Positions 14,166 to 29,208 of a DNA stretch of 64,000 nt are shown piece by piece. The stretch is from NCBI RefSeq assembly GCF_009914755.1, contig NC_060940.1. One strand, 5' to 3'. A program made the position numbers and the translations under genes. The DNA is from the human T2T-CHM13v2.0 reference genome, Homo sapiens. The notes beneath the pieces were generated by a model, which saw nothing but the letters and a program-made list of their open reading frames with translations, made no database searches and was not told the DNA's origin. The first letter of the stretch is position 1. Each line of letters starts with the position of its first letter.

Positions 14166-16809
14166 CTTAATAAATCAGAAATCTTTTAGACTTTGCTGCT
14201 CTTCCTCGAAGCATAATTCTGGTTAGAGGTCACGTAGTAAATATATTCAGGGGGTTCTACTTCTTCATCTTCCAGGGAGAATTGTCGCTTTTCTCATTCA
14301 ACTTTTCAGCTTATTGTACCCCCGCTTTGTACCCCACCTCACTCCCAGCTTCTAGATACCTGAGGTTTGGCGACCCAGCTACGAGACTGTCCCTTCCTTC
14401 CACCACCTGATAGTGCAAAATTGGGACAAAGTCATCATTAGGCAGCGTAGTTAGTAGCAAGATATTAGAAGTCCTCAGAATAGCATTTGCGTTTTCATAT
14501 ACTACTTTGTTAACCCTATGCAAAAATAATGCAAGATAGAATTTTAGTAGATTTATTTCCACAGAGACCAAGATAGTTTTCTTGGTGGCCGTCATAACTG
14601 TTTGATGTAACTAAAAATAAAACTAGCCCTGACTGCTAATAACTCAAAACCGGTGGAGATTAGAGCAAGGGAAATGTGGTTAATTCAACTCCAGCTTGCT
14701 TTGACCTGAATTTATGCCAACTGGGACTTTTGCCTGAATTATTCGGGAAAATGCCCTGAGCTGCCCATTAATTCATCTTGTACGTTTGGTCTCTTACATA
14801 TTGAAAAAGTGTGTTCTATGATTCTTTTCCATATAGCTAATGTCATCTTGACCAGGTCAGAGTTCCTCCAAGTTGTTTTTAACATACAAATTTATCACAT
14901 CACGTTTCATCATGCCTGCTCCCAATGGTCATGAGTTATTGAATTTGTATAGGAGAGTTAATTTGTAATGTCCTTGAGGTATCATTTTTCACTATTGGCC
15001 TATGTTGGCCACCTTTGTTTACATTTAGTTCAGAAAGCACTAATTTAAGAAGTGTCAGGTTGTAACAAAACATAAGATCAATGCAGTTAGTTTCTGTTCA
15101 GACTTTAACAACTTGGTATCTGTCAACTGAAGCATGAACATAGATATGGGCAAAACCCAATTAATACACAGTTGTAATCACAGTGGGACTTAGTGGTACT
15201 TTCTCCTTTGCACAGTGGGACTCTTAGAAGTGGCTTCATTAATGTTGCATTTGTAGTTTGAGTTCTGCTCTTCTTCTCATATTGCCTAGTTCTGGGCCTC
15301 CCTGTCCTCTGTCCTGTGGCCACTTTTCCATGTGGGGACTTTTGGGGCCTGATGGCTTTTTGGTACCTCTGCTGTCCTGCTAGCTGCCAAGAACTCTCCA
15401 TTACTCCCCCTTTGATTGCTTGGGACACATTTTTAAATAAAGCAGCTTTGGGCCACAGCGACAAAAAGTGTAGAGCCATCTTTTTGTTTTGCAGCCTCTA
15501 TTTCTGTTTTGAACAGGTCTTTTCAAATCAAGCGGTAGGAGCTATACCTCTCCCAGATGAGGCCCATCACACACTCTCACTAAGTAGGCAATTTCTTTGG
15601 GGTGATAAAAATGATTACAAATATTTGAATTGGAATCGTTGGGAATCTCATTAAAAACAACAACCATGATCAGGTGACATTGTATTTGTGAATATCCTCA
15701 GGGTATGTTCAGAAAATCAGTGTTATAAGAGCTTGAACGATTATATTAGTTTAGCTTGATAGTGCTCTGTTTCTTTTCTCTTTACACTTGCATGGCATAA
15801 TATATTAATAAAAATTAAGAAATTTTTAGTGAAACCAATGAATTTGCTTTCAGAAAACAGCATTTTACAATATCTATTGGGTAATTATATCAAATACTCG
15901 ATTCCATGGTTTCTGGTATTGGATAAATGACTAAATTTGTAATTAAACACATCTTTTGGACTAAAGTTACTAAACAGATAGTTGAGTCAATTACATAACA
16001 GCAATGGGCATTACATTAGATTTTATCACAACAGTAATTACTGTGTGATGTTAGATTCTATTTTGAATTGCTCTTTCTAAAGATGGGTTATCAGCAACAG
16101 AATATGCATTGGGCTTTTATGAGCGGTCTTTGCACTACTCATATCTGATAAGGGCCAAATCCTATGATAAGAGGTCAGAGACTGGTCTGGCAGTAAAGAG
16201 CCTTCATTAAATTATTTTTAATAGTAAGCATTTATTGAAGCTTATTACGTTAGAACCTGAAGAGTCACAGACATGTAACCTTCCCCATGCCTTCTGGGGT
16301 CCTTGCTCTAATTTGGGAGATACAACACATAGAGAAAAAGGTACATGAGGCAGCCTTGCCACCGGAAGAAAATGGCACTCAAATTCCCAGCTGTCATCTG
16401 GGAAAGGTCAATTGTTTTCTTTACAAAGCCACCTTCATAGCAAGACTTTATCCATGTCAGCAGTCTAGAATGTCGTCATCTTTATAGACTCAGAAGCTTG
16501 ATTTGGTGTCTATATTCAGAGGTTATTTCTATCTCAGGGATAGTATTTTACTAATCAAATACATAACAGATATATACATAAACCAGAATGAAAACATATT
16601 ATAGTGAGAAATGTAATTATTGATTGAACTGGATATTTGTCTTTTCATGTCAACTTATTCATTCAGAGCAGGTGTGGGAAAACAAATTTTAGTCATGAAC
16701 CGGGTTGGAAAGTATTAAAAACGAGGATTTGGTCATCTTAACAAAGTGTTTCTCAGCTACAGTTTCTTCCTAACAGAGTGGGAGCTAACAATAGGAATAA
16801 CAATCAGAG

Positions 16810-17015
16810 CCATAATCTCTAAGGGCTTCACTGTTTACCAGGAATTATACTATGCCCTTAGCATGTATTATCTCATTTAACTCCCATGATAACTTTTCAT
16901 ACAGGTATTATTGTTGCCCCTGTGAGCAGGAGGAGAAGATTGAAAAAAATCAATAACTACCCCAAGTTGTGTAGCTAGGACATAGCATCAAGGATTCCAA
17001 GCCAAGGATTATCTG
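16810..17015 (-). mobile_element. MIR
   Basis: catgtattatctcatttaactcccatgataac...aggtattattgttgcccc. Confidence 0.7.
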
Positions 17016-17038
17016 ACTTCTGTTTATAAACTATTTTT

Positions 17039-18920
17039 CTTTTAGAATTTTTTCCTTTCTTTTCTAAAATTGACATAAAATTGTAGTTTTTACTGTGTAC
17101 GACATGATATTTTAAAGTATCTATACATTGTGGAATGATTAAATCTAGCTAATGAACATATGCATTATGTCACAGTTACTATTTTTGTGTTAAGAATATT
17201 TTACATTCACTCTTTTAGCATTTTTAGGAATACAATATATTGTTATTCATTGTAGTTGCCATATTGGACAATAGTTCTCTTGAGCTTATTTTTCCTATCC
17301 AATTGAAATGTTCTATCTTTTGGCCAACATCTCCCTAACAACTCCCAATTCCCTGCAACCACCCCAGCCCCTGGCAACCACCATTCTACTCACTACTTCT
17401 GTGAGCTCAACATTTTAGCATTCACATGGGAATGAGACTATGTGGTATTTGCCTTGCTGTGCTTGAGTTACTTAACATAATGTCCTCCAGGTTCATCCAT
17501 GTTGTCACTAATGATAAGATTTCCTGTCTCATATAATATATACATATATATGTGTATGTGTGTGTGTGTGTGTATATATATATGTGATATTCATGTATTG
17601 ATGGACATTTAGGAACAAATTGAACAAGGGAAGTGAATGATCTTTACACTGAAAACTATAAAACACTGATAAAAGAAATTGAAGAAAACAAAAATAAATG
17701 GAAAGACATCCCATGTTCGTGGATTGCCGGAATAATATTGTTAAAATGCCCGTACTACCCAAAATGATCCACAGATTCAACATAATCTATATTAAAATAT
17801 CAATGACATTATTCACAGAACTAGGAAAAATCATCCTAAAAATCATATGAAACCACAAAAGACCATGGATAGCCAAAGTAATCTTGAGCAAAGAGAACAA
17901 AGCTGTAGGTATCACACTACCTGACTTCAAAGTATACTACAAAGCTGTAACAACCAAAACAGCATGGTACTGTTATAACAACAGACACATAGACCAATTG
18001 AACAGAATAGAAAACCCAGAAATAAACTCATGCATCTATGGCCAACTAATTTCCAGCATAGTTATCAAGAACACACAATGGGGGAAAAAAACTCTTCAAT
18101 AAATGGCATTTGGGAAACCGCATATCCATATGCAGAAGAATGAAATTGGACTCCTATCTGACACCATATATAAAAATCAACTCAAAATGAAATAAAGATT
18201 TAAATGTAAGACTTGAAACTATGAAACAACTGGAAGAAAACATAGGGAAAAGTTCCATGACATTGGTCTAGGCAAGGATTTTTTGGACATAACCTCAAAA
18301 GCACAGGCAACAAAAGCAAAAATAAAATGATTATATCAACTAAAAAACTTCTGCACAGCAAATGAAACAACAGGGTAAAAAGACAACCTATGGAATTAAA
18401 AGAAAATATTTGCAAACTGTACATCTGATAAAATAGAAAAAACAATGAATAATTGAAAAATGGGAAAAGGAACTGAATAGACAGTTTTCTAAAGAAGACA
18501 TAAAAATGGCCAGCAGGCGTATTTTTAAAATGCTCAACATCACTAATAATAGAAATGCAAATTAAAACCACAATGAGATAAAAACCACAATGAGATATCA
18601 CCTCATACCTGTTAATATGGCTGTTATCAAAAAGATAAAATATAAATGTTGGCAAGGATGTGGAGAAATGAGGAACCCTTGCCCACTGTTGATGGGAATG
18701 TAAGTACAGCTATAATGGAAAATAGTAGAGAGATTCCTCAAAAATTTAAAAGTAGAACTATCATATGATTCAACAATCTCACTAGGGTTATATATCCAAA
18801 GAAAATAACATCAATATGTCAAAGAGATGTCTGCACTTCTGTATGTATTGCAGCAGTGTTCACAATAGCCAAGATATGGAATCAACCTAAAAATTCATCA
18901 GTGGATCAATGGATCAATGG
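17039..18920 (-). mobile_element. L1MA (MA7/8-like) with an inverted 5' segment
   Basis: 17039-17613 is the antisense 3' UTR with a T-rich tail on the left; 17614-18920 is sense ORF2 ([20 protein letters not shown]...[13 protein letters not shown]); 13-bp TSD ataaactattttt at 17026-17038 and 18921-18933. Confidence 0.92.
17530..17586. repeat. (TA)n(TG)n(TA)n microsatellite inside the L1
   Basis: Direct reading. Confidence 0.9.
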
Positions 18921-20049
18921 ATAAACTATTTTTAATTGAAAGAATTAAAATTGTATCTTTATGAGCCTATTGATGTTTCAGAGAAATAAACTCTGGTCAT
19001 TGAATGAAATCTCTGTGTTGCAGAAACCTCTATAAGCTCCTATGTACAGATAATCTCACAGGGTAAATTTCTCTGACTAGCTTTCCACATTCTTAGCATT
19101 CTTTTCTCAGAGAACATGTGTATAGTCCTTGTATAGGGCCATAATTTTCAGATACACTTTTCCCACTCTTCTTTGTGCTTCTCTGTCCTCAGTTGCTTTT
19201 CTCATTTAATCTTTATAATTTCCCTGTGATTTAAATTATACTTTCATTTTACAGATGAGAAAATTGAGACACTTATATTCACATATCCCACTCTAGGTCA
19301 GTCAGTAGCAGAGTCGGATGATGCATTCTGTTGTTAGTGCCTGGACAATTAAGTACCAAGAAATGCTATTGATTATAGGAGTTCATGGTAGGGAAGAATA
19401 AGGCTGATAAGTAATGAGTATAGTTTAAGGGCAGACGTATTTGGAAAGGGGAGAGGCATAAGACAGGAGACTAGGAAATGGTAGACCTCTGTAGTTTATT
19501 AGTAATGTCTGCCTCGGAGTGACTTGGAGGATGTGGTAATAAAAGCATCTGCATGTACCCTTGTGGCTATAAGTTTCAGTTAATTAGTACAACACAAGTA
19601 CACACACACACACATAAGTGGATCTCAGCCATCTAGATGGGACACAGAGTTTTTATGACAGGCAGGGTTAATGATTTCATAATGGTGAACTTTTGCCAAT
19701 CTCACTACTATTTGAATATTTCACAACTTGTTCAAATTGTTAAGTACAACAGCAGATTGCATGTACACCCAATAACACGGGTTTATGTAATGTACATGGG
19801 TAAATGTACATCTTCCAAGGGAGAAAGGGTGCTCTGTGTTTCCAGCATGATGGAACTCAGTTTCATGATGGATTGGCATATTCCATAGATGAAGAATAAT
19901 TACTGGAAAGAATGCAGAGCCATTGGGGACTTTCTAAATAGAGGAATGATGAGATAAGATATTTGTTTGGGAAATTGCTCTGAAGAAGATGGAATGAAGG
20001 AGAGAGGGACTTCTGGAAGGCTGTGGATCTATTTTCATTTTAATAAGCA

Positions 20050-20382
20050 TGGGGGGAGAAGGGTAGGAGAGAGGATGGTCAACAGGTACAAAGCTACAGT
20101 CACATAGGAGGAATAAGCTCTGGTGTTCTATTGCATAATAGGGTGACTATAGTTTTCATTATTATATTGTGTATCTGAAAATAGCTAGAAGGGAGGATTT
20201 TGAATGCTCTCAACACAAAGAAATGGCAAGTGTTTGAGATGATGGATATGCTAATTACCTGGATTTGATCATTATACAATGTATACATGTACCAAAAGCT
20301 CACATTGTACCACATAAATTATTAATACAATAATTGTACGTCAATTATTATGTGTCAATTAAAAAAACAAAACTTAAAAAAT
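20050..20382 (+). mobile_element. L1MA 3' end
   Basis: ggtacaaagctacag...ataggaggaataagctctggtgttct...gatggatatgctaattacc...A-rich tail. Confidence 0.88.
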
Positions 20383-20899
20383 AGTACTAATGGGAGGTGA
20401 AGAAGGTGTGAATAAGGGCAGAAAGACTGAGTGGGACGCAAGTGAATGTAACAAATGCTGTTCTCAAATAGCTCTAACTTATCTCTCATGCACCAGAGCA
20501 CTCTTGTTTCTCACTGAACACTTTTTGAATGCCTCTTTCATGTTGGGCTTGGGCACCGTTCTCAGTGGTCTTTGTAGTTAGATGTTTTTGCCAAAATGTT
20601 GGAAAGAGTCCTTGATATATGGAAACTGACAAAGACATAACTTCAACCAGTCAAGGAGATTTCAGTGTCAGATAAGGCTTTGATGTGAACATACCTGGCA
20701 CATAGATGGTTAATATATATCCTATGGATGAAGAAACATACAAATGACCAAAGGAATGGAATAGGTAGACTAATCGAAGGACATTCAAGATAGACTTCTA
20801 AATGCCCGAAACTTTTCAAAGTGAGATCCAGACCTTTCTTGAGGAATGATGTTTCTCTACTCTGATCTGTACAGTTGGTGAAAATAAGAAAGAAGATGG

Positions 20900-21535
<636 letters not shown>

Positions 21536-21924
21536 GAGCTTCCTAAGCACTTAAAAACTCCAAGAAGTAAGGACCTGTTATTAGAGGTAACAAGTATAGG
21601 CTAATTTGATTTCCTTAGAAAACCTTCAAAACAGCAGTGTCACAGAATCACTCTTGATTAACCACTGGACTTGGAAAGGCCTAAGGTTGAGAGGCTCAGA
21701 TGGCCCCAGCGTAAAAGCCCTCAGTATGCCTGCTTCACTGAGCATTACATGAGACTGTTCCAGCTCTGTGATGATCAAATAAGAAAAGCTTGTGAGGATT
21801 TTCACTCTTCACAATGTGATGTCTTTTCCAATAACAGCATTAATAGAGAAGTGTTATCTTTAGGGCATCTTCCTTGCTTTATGTATTTTGCAATAAATTT
21901 ATATAATTTTTACTGTTTCTGAGT

Positions 21925-22250
21925 GTAAAAGTAATGCATGCTTGTTTTAAAAATTATAAAATACTATAAAGCATGAGTAAAAATAACCAATATTCCTACC
22001 ACCAAAAGATAAGCAATGTCAGTATATCTCCTTTCAGACATTTTTAGTATGTACATATGCATATAATTTTACCAAAATAGAATCATACCATATACACTGT
22101 TTTGCAACCTGTTTTATCTAATCTGAATGGAGAGAATATCTTTCTGAATCATGTATATTTTCATTTTTTAATGGCTGGAGAAGATACCACAGTGTGGATG
22201 TTTCTCTTTGTTTTATTATTCCCTTATTTTGGATGCTTGCTTGGATTGTT
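21925..22250 (-). mobile_element. Old L1M(E) fragment
   Basis: aaagtaatgcatgcttg...aaaatagaatcataccatatacactgttttgcaacctg...catttttaatggctg. Confidence 0.65.
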
Positions 22251-22734
22251 TATCAGGCCATGAAAAAAAAAAAAAAGATGAATTCCCCAGAACATTATAA
22301 GGAAATCTAGGGAAAGACAGCACTACCTTACCTTAAACTTTCTGGCTCATGTCACAAATCAGTAGGTTTGGACTCCTCATGCTTGCAGCACATACACTCT
22401 TGCTATCCTCATTCTCTCTAGGAACCACCATTCTTCCCCCAAGTCTCCATCACTCATCTGCTTTTCCGTGGCATGTCATTCATCCTCACTAGAGATCATC
22501 TTACTTCCCTCGATTATTCTTTGTTCATTCCACATAAGTGTATTGAGTACCTCCTCTGTGTAGGAATTTTAAAAGAGCCTAGCTTTATTTAGTGTTTGTT
22601 AAAGCATCTCTTAACCTCCTCTCATTAAGGATACAGATTCATGATAAAAACCAAACACCTTGACCAAAAGGCTAACTTGGAAAATGCCAGTTGTTATTAC
22701 TGCAATCTCAAGTAATGAAAATTCATGGAGTTTA

Positions 22735-23135
22735 TATAAGTTATTGCAGCATAACACTTTATCCCAACACTTAGTGGCTGAAAACAGTACATAATGATGA
22801 GCTCACAGCTTAGTGAGATCAGGCGTCTCCTCATGGCTTAGCTCTGCTGGAGGCCTCAGGCTGTAATCACGATGCTGACCAGGGCTACAATCATCCCAAA
22901 TTCAGATGAGGGCAAGGTCTACCTGCAAGCTCACTTGATTGTTAACAGAATTGAGTTCCTCATAAGTTGTCAAATGAGAGCCTCAGTTTCGTCACAGGAG
23001 TAATATCCCATCACTTTTGCCATATTCTGTTCATTAGATGCAAGTCACTAGTTTTAGCCCATACTCAAAGGGAAGAGATTACCCAAGAGGGTGAGTACCA
23101 GGAAGCTGGGATCATTAAAGACCATCTTTGAAGTC
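22735..23135 (-). mobile_element. MLT1 (F-like) LTR
   Basis: cccaacacttagtggctgaaaaca...cccatcacttttgccatattctgttcattaga...caccaggaag-like end. Confidence 0.75.
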
Positions 23136-23489
23136 GAGGATATGCTCATAGAGCTGATAGACAGTGATAAAACCTCAGCAACTGACCAGAAAAGGTCAAC
23201 TTAGAAAATGAGATTTTGTAGTTTAAACTCCTGGAAATTCATAGATCATAACATTTCAACTTACTTTTAAGTTGAGTGACATGAAGAGATAGGTCAAAAT
23301 ATTTACATTTGCTAAATGTGTACTTACTGTTCTTTATATAGAGCTTTGCAGCTTACAACATACAGTTCTGTGTCAATATTTTCATTTGATTTTCTCAAAC
23401 CTGGAAGGGAGGAATGGAAGATGTTATCTCAAATTTAAAGACAAATGAACTGAGACCTGACAAGTTACCAGCTGAGTAGGTTACATCTT

Positions 23490-23660
23490 TCTGCCAGTTC
23501 ATGTGTTGGTTCAACAAACGTATACAAACAAATCTTATGTGCTTGGCACCATGCCAGGCAGGGTCTGGGGACGCAGTGTTGGACAACATGAATGTAGTTC
23601 TGCCCTCCCAGAACCTAGTATCTTGTCAAGATGAGACGTTAATCCAATTAAATCTTACAT
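23490..23660 (-). mobile_element. L2 3' fragment
   Basis: ttcaacaaac...atgccaggca...ctggggacgcagtg...gttctgccctc. Confidence 0.6.
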
Positions 23661-23970
23661 AAAATAAGACTGCAAACTTTAATATTTTCTAATGGTTGAA
23701 AAGGTTATAGATCATGATTTATGCAGTTTATATATGCAGGTTTACATATTTTAAAATTATCCAGCTGCATTCTTAAGATTTGTACATTTTACTGTGTATG
23801 TGATGTTTTTAGAACATCCTGGGAAGGAAAGCTACATAGCGCTAAGGTAGTTCGTTAAAGAAGACGTGGCTGAGAGCCAGGAAACAGGGATTTAGATTTC
23901 CTCTTCACCAAGTGGCACATGTGTCCTGAAAATGTTAAACTGTGGGCATTTTTAATATTGCACATGTTGA

Positions 23971-24301
<331 letters not shown>

Positions 24302-24954
24302 AGGGTTTTATTTCAGAACCGTTTATTTCCCCAGTACATTTATCCACTCTACCTCCCTCTCTGTGATTTTCCATTTTCAGGCTGTGCCGTGCTGGTTTTA
24401 CCCAGCACCTTGTTTAATGATGGAGCTCATCATTTCGGAGTTTTTCTCTCCGTGATGCTGCCACATGTGTCAGGGCTGTGTGGCTGTTACAGAGGAAGGG
24501 TCTCGTGGGGAGGGAGCAGTGAAACTGGTGGAGCAAGCAAGGTCGGACTGACAGACTATCTTCTCGGATGTAAGAGAGGTTGTTCTAGGGAAGCCGTGTT
24601 CCTGGCGCTGGGAGGCTTTACGAAGAGTTTTTGAAATCTCCAGCTTGAACGTTAGTGTACCTTATTATGGCTATACTTGGTCTCAGGATGCCTTCTGCCC
24701 TCTTATTTTTTCCTTCTTTGATGTTCAAAAATTTACATCATTTCCTGTAATTTTTTTTTCTGTAAAGTTTTGGCAGACACAGAGTCACCACTATTCATTT
24801 TACAAAAATACATTTATGCTTAATTTAAAGAAATAGGCAGGGAGAGGGGTGCTCTGGTTCTTGTTTTCTGGCAGATACTTAAGAAAATTGGAAGAAATCA
24901 CTTTGAAAGATCAATGAGACTTCAATAAAGTAAATTTAAGAAAAAAAAAAAAGA

Positions 24955-25385
24955 GTTAAGGAATGAAGTAAAACTTGCTAGGGTTAAAATCCCAGCTAGT
25001 CCATTCCTTACCTTTCTTACCTGAAAAATGAAAGTGGGGATCGTCCTTACCTCATGTTGTTGTGAGTACTACGTGATGTAACACACACAGAATGCTTAAC
25101 AGAGTTCTCAGTGTAGAGTAAGCTAACAAAGTTGACAGCTGTTGGCCTCATGACATCATAGAAAATGTGCCTAACCTAAAGTCAGAATCCCTAATTTTAA
25201 GCCCCGCTTTTACTTCCCGGATATTCATCCTTTATTGGTTACTTTTAACCTCCTGTTGCTTCAGTTTTCTAAATCTGTAAAAGGGAATGTAATACTGACA
25301 TTATAGATAATTCCATGGCAATCAAATCATGGAAAATATGTAGAAGTTCTTGGCACAGAATAGCAGCTCTGTAAATATTAGTCGA
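24955..25385 (+). mobile_element. Two adjacent MIR fragments
   Basis: gggttaaaatcccagct...ctgaaaaatgaaag; ttcagttttctaaatctgtaaaagggaat...tggcacagaatagcagctc. Confidence 0.55.
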
Positions 25386-25784
25386 ATCTGACTTGTAACA
25401 TTACCAGGACCCAACATTTATGTCAAGAAGGCATTTTTCACACTGCACAAATGGGGCTCCTTATATTCTAGAAAATAAATATCATGAAAGTCACAACATA
25501 AATGTCCTCTCACTTCTTATCCCTTAATTCAGAGCTATTCAACAAAGTCAATTTTGGGAAAATGTTGCAAACATCTGATATTTACCAGGAATTAGGGGAG
25601 AAACAGTGGATACTACCATGGTTCCTGCTTTTAAGGAGCTCATAGTCTAAGAGTGGAGTCAGATAAGTCAACAAGATTACAAAATAAATGCCAGAAGAGG
25701 AAAAAGTGGGAGACGCCAAGGAGGCAAGGAGGGACACCAAGCCCAGCCACAATAAGAGTGGGAATGTCAGAGCAGGTGACACAG

Positions 25785-26850
25785 TGAGGTTGCTTTAGCT
25801 TCATGTGACAGATATCTCTAACTCAGACTGATCTAAACTTCAGTGAGAAAATAAATTTCATCAAACTGGGAGGTCAGAGGAAGGGCAGACTTCCAGGTGC
25901 AGTCACTACAGTTGCTCAAAAATCTCATCAAGGTATTCGGTTCTTTTCATGTCTCTGATCTATCATGGCTGCTGTCATTTCCAGTCCAACAGTAGCTCTG
26001 TTTCAGTATCATGATGGCTCCAGCAATTGCCCACATGATGGCATCAGAGAGACAAGGGGCATCTCTTTTATCTGTCATCTTTGGGAGGAGAAGGAAGGAA
26101 AAGAGAATTTCCTATGTTCTTTTCAGCATGGGCCAGTGTTGGGGCCAAGGGAAAGCTTCCCCTTCACCTTCCGAAGGTTCACCTTCTGCCCTCTGAAAAA
26201 GAACTAATGTTAGGAAGATGAATAGGAGAAAAGGCACACAAATTTATTTAATGTGTATTAGCCTAGAAAATCAAAGGAGGATGATCACGCAATAACCCAG
26301 TAGGTCCAGATGCTTATACAACTTTCTTCATTGGGGAAGGAGAGATTGAGTCAATGTGTCTGTCAATTTGAAGGGGAGTAAATAACTTTTAGGGGGAATG
26401 AATAAGCCCAGTGCTGAGACAATGGTTAGTAAATAATGTTCTCTTTGGGAATTGAACAGGATTGGAGACAAAGTTTGTCTGGGCTGTAGGTGTGATGTTT
26501 AATTTCCAGGCTCTTTGTCATAATAGGAGTTTTAATCTTCTGGTTAATGAAGTTTCAGGGAGGGGGTTGAAGGCCATTTGTTCCTTTTGCTGGGTATGGT
26601 TTGTAGGTAGATAAGGAAACTTCAACGAACAGCCTTATCCTGTGCTTTGGGAGTGAAAGGTGATTGAAAGATGAAGGAATAGGGGGAAGGTCAGAGAAAC
26701 CTTGAGGCTACTGCTTCAGTTTAGCATATCTCAAAGAGCCATATTTTGGAGTGTTGTTTTCTGATCCCCAATACCAGAATTAAATCATCTACCCACCCTT
26801 AAACTACACCTTGGCAAGGGCACAGGATTCTCATGACAGGCTTAGTGGGG
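25785..26850 (-). mobile_element. Old MLT1 (K/L-like) LTR split by an ERV1 LTR
   Basis: gtgacagatatctctaactcagactg...atggctccagca...ggccag, resuming aattaaatcat...cccacccttaaac...ggcaaggg. Confidence 0.6.
26137..26773 (-). mobile_element. MER34/MER39-family ERV1 solo LTR
   Basis: The reverse strand starts tattggggatcagaaaacaacactccaaaatatggc and ends ccccaaca; exact 4-bp TSD ccag at 26133-26136 and 26774-26777. Confidence 0.85.
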
Positions 26851-28609
26851 CATCTTGGGTGACAGGTGCATTGAGGGGTTGACCTCCACAATGACCAGGG
26901 AAGGTTTTCCCAGGGGATCTCAGACTTTGCCTATCTGATAGGATGAATTGGGCTTTTTCTAGTCTCTATGTGTTAGAGGTAGACAGAGAAACATCCCAGG
27001 GTGTGCAATGGTATTGAGCATAAAATATTTTAATTATTCATGGAATTCCAAGTACTTTTATTTGACTAGACTATGGGGGTAGCGCAGAGTCCAAACTAGT
27101 AATAGGAGATAAGGCTGGAGAGGTAGGTGAGGGCTGGATTATGAAGACTCTTACCAGCCATAAGAAATGTGGGTTTTATCCCACAGAAACTGGGAACACG
27201 CTGAAATATTTGAAGCTGAGAAGTACATGAAATTGGATGTGTCAGTTCCATCTTGAACCATCCACTAAATGGAAAGGGGAGTGAGGCAAGATTGGAATCT
27301 TGGGAAAAAAGACTGTGTTGGTAATTTTAGAAGGAGTCTGAATGGGACCATATAGCTGGTTAAGTGGGTGGGTTGGGGAATGAGAAGGAGCTCAAGGTGA
27401 TTATTCTGTTTTTTTTTCTGGGATTTTCAAGCTTCCCTAGAAGTCTACATAAAAATAGATATGGGAAAATCAGAATCTAAGAGCTGGCTACTCAGATTTG
27501 ATGTAGTTAATACAGAATGACTATCAAATAATAGATATTTGTCCTCGATACATATGGGATCTTGGCCAGCTGGATAAATAAATGAGTATTGTTTTAATAA
27601 ATGCCCATTGGAACAGGTTCTTTACTGAAAGGAGGAATAATGATAATATTGTGTTGTACGAGAGAGTGTGGATGAGATATTTATAAGCAAGGCATTCAGC
27701 AGGTGTCCTGTGGGTTAATAGTCTGGGAGTAAATTCATGTTCATGTCATGTAATAACCTTGGTGAAGCTGCTAGTAAGAGTGAATTAGGCTTCAGTAGCA
27801 AACTCTCTCCCTCTCTCCCCCACCTTTCCTCTCTCTGTCTCTCTCCCGTATGTGTGTGTGTAGTGTGTAGTTTATTAAGTCTTTAAGTATTTTATTCATA
27901 GCAGAACTTTCCCACTTTTCATATTTTACAAAGGAGCATTTTATTTAAGCTCCAAGTATGTGTAATTGCAATGAGCCATATACGCATTCCCCACAGACCG
28001 GGAAGCTTTGCCACCTAAAACAGAATGCTCTCAATGTAAGCCCAGGTGAGAGTTCTAAGGGGCTGTCCTGGGGGGACTCTCCTGCTCTGAAGGGGGCCAT
28101 CCTGGTCTAGGGGAGCTGTCCTGGTTTGGGAGTTGGTGGGGCTCTCCTTGTCTGAGAGCTGACTCATTTGTAGGCATCCTCATTTCAGTGTCAGAAGGAC
28201 TGTCCTGCTGTTGATGACTTCACTTTACTTAAGCATGGTTCAATCAGAAGCAGGGGAGTGAGGAAATTCCTTAACATATTTATCAACATCTGTTTCTAGG
28301 CATCCAGCTATGTACAGGAAGGAACTGTTGACCACAGAAAGCATCCTGCTTGGGCATTTCTGTGCAATGTCTCTTTGCTGGAAGGACCATTTTTAATCTA
28401 CCCGTGTAGCCAGTATGTCCTGAGGTTTCCATTCTAATCCCAAAATATGTATATGTCATGGCACTTTTGGAGGGTTTTGTCTTTCTTTGTACAGCGTTGC
28501 GGTATTATCATAAGAAAAGTCTAGAAGTTGGAATTATATCTTCCAAGTTGGCATCCCAGTTCTTCCACGTAGCAGCTATAACCTTGATGCAGTGGAATAC
28601 AGGCGACAT

Positions 28610-28830
28610 GGCATGTGACTTGGAGCCAGATGGGAGTTTGTATCTTAGTGCTGCCAATTAATAGCCATGTGATCCCGGGGGCAAATGATGTTCCATTTTC
28701 TTTCATCTGTACAATGGGATTAATACTACTTACCTTAGGATGTTGGTGAACAGATATTATACTGTAAAGCTACCTAGTAGGAGGCCAAACGCATAATAGA
28801 TACTCAATAAATTGTAGCTGTCGCAATTAT
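28610..28830 (+). mobile_element. MIR
   Basis: tggagccaga...tagccatgtgatcc...ttttctttcatctgtacaatgggattaata...actcaataaat. Confidence 0.75.
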
Positions 28831-28932
28831 TGACCTCCTGGACTCTGTGTCCTAATCTACAACATAGGAATAATGACAGTGCCTAACTTGCAGGTTTGGT
28901 GTGAACAATACAGTGATCATTCTAATCTAGAA

Positions 28933-29156
28933 CAGGGTTTCTCAATCTCATTCTTGGCACTATTTTCATTTGAGGCTGCCCTGTGCACTACAGAATATTC
29001 AGCAGCATCCCTTTCCTGCACCCCCTAGATGGGTGTAGATGCCTGTAGCATTCTGCAGCCCAGGTTGTAATAACCAAAAATGTCTCCCGACATTGCCAAA
29101 TATTCCCTGGCTGGGGAAGGTGGGGAGCTAACGTTGTCACTGGTTGAGAACTACTG
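28933..29156 (+). mobile_element. MER20 (hAT-Charlie)
   Basis: cagggtttctcaa...ggcactatt...aaccaaaaatgtctcccgacattgccaaat...ggttgagaactactg. Confidence 0.9.
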
Positions 29157-29208
29157 TTCCAACATATAGAAGAAAGTATTCTATAAACAAGGGTAGGTAC
29201 CGTATCTG

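Noticed and set aside
17884-18102. Convincing protein-like ORF ([13 protein letters not shown]...)
   Set aside because: It is a decayed L1 ORF2 fragment, not a host gene.
18561-18597. Tandem duplication of aaaaccacaatgagata
   Set aside because: Ordinary slippage within the L1.
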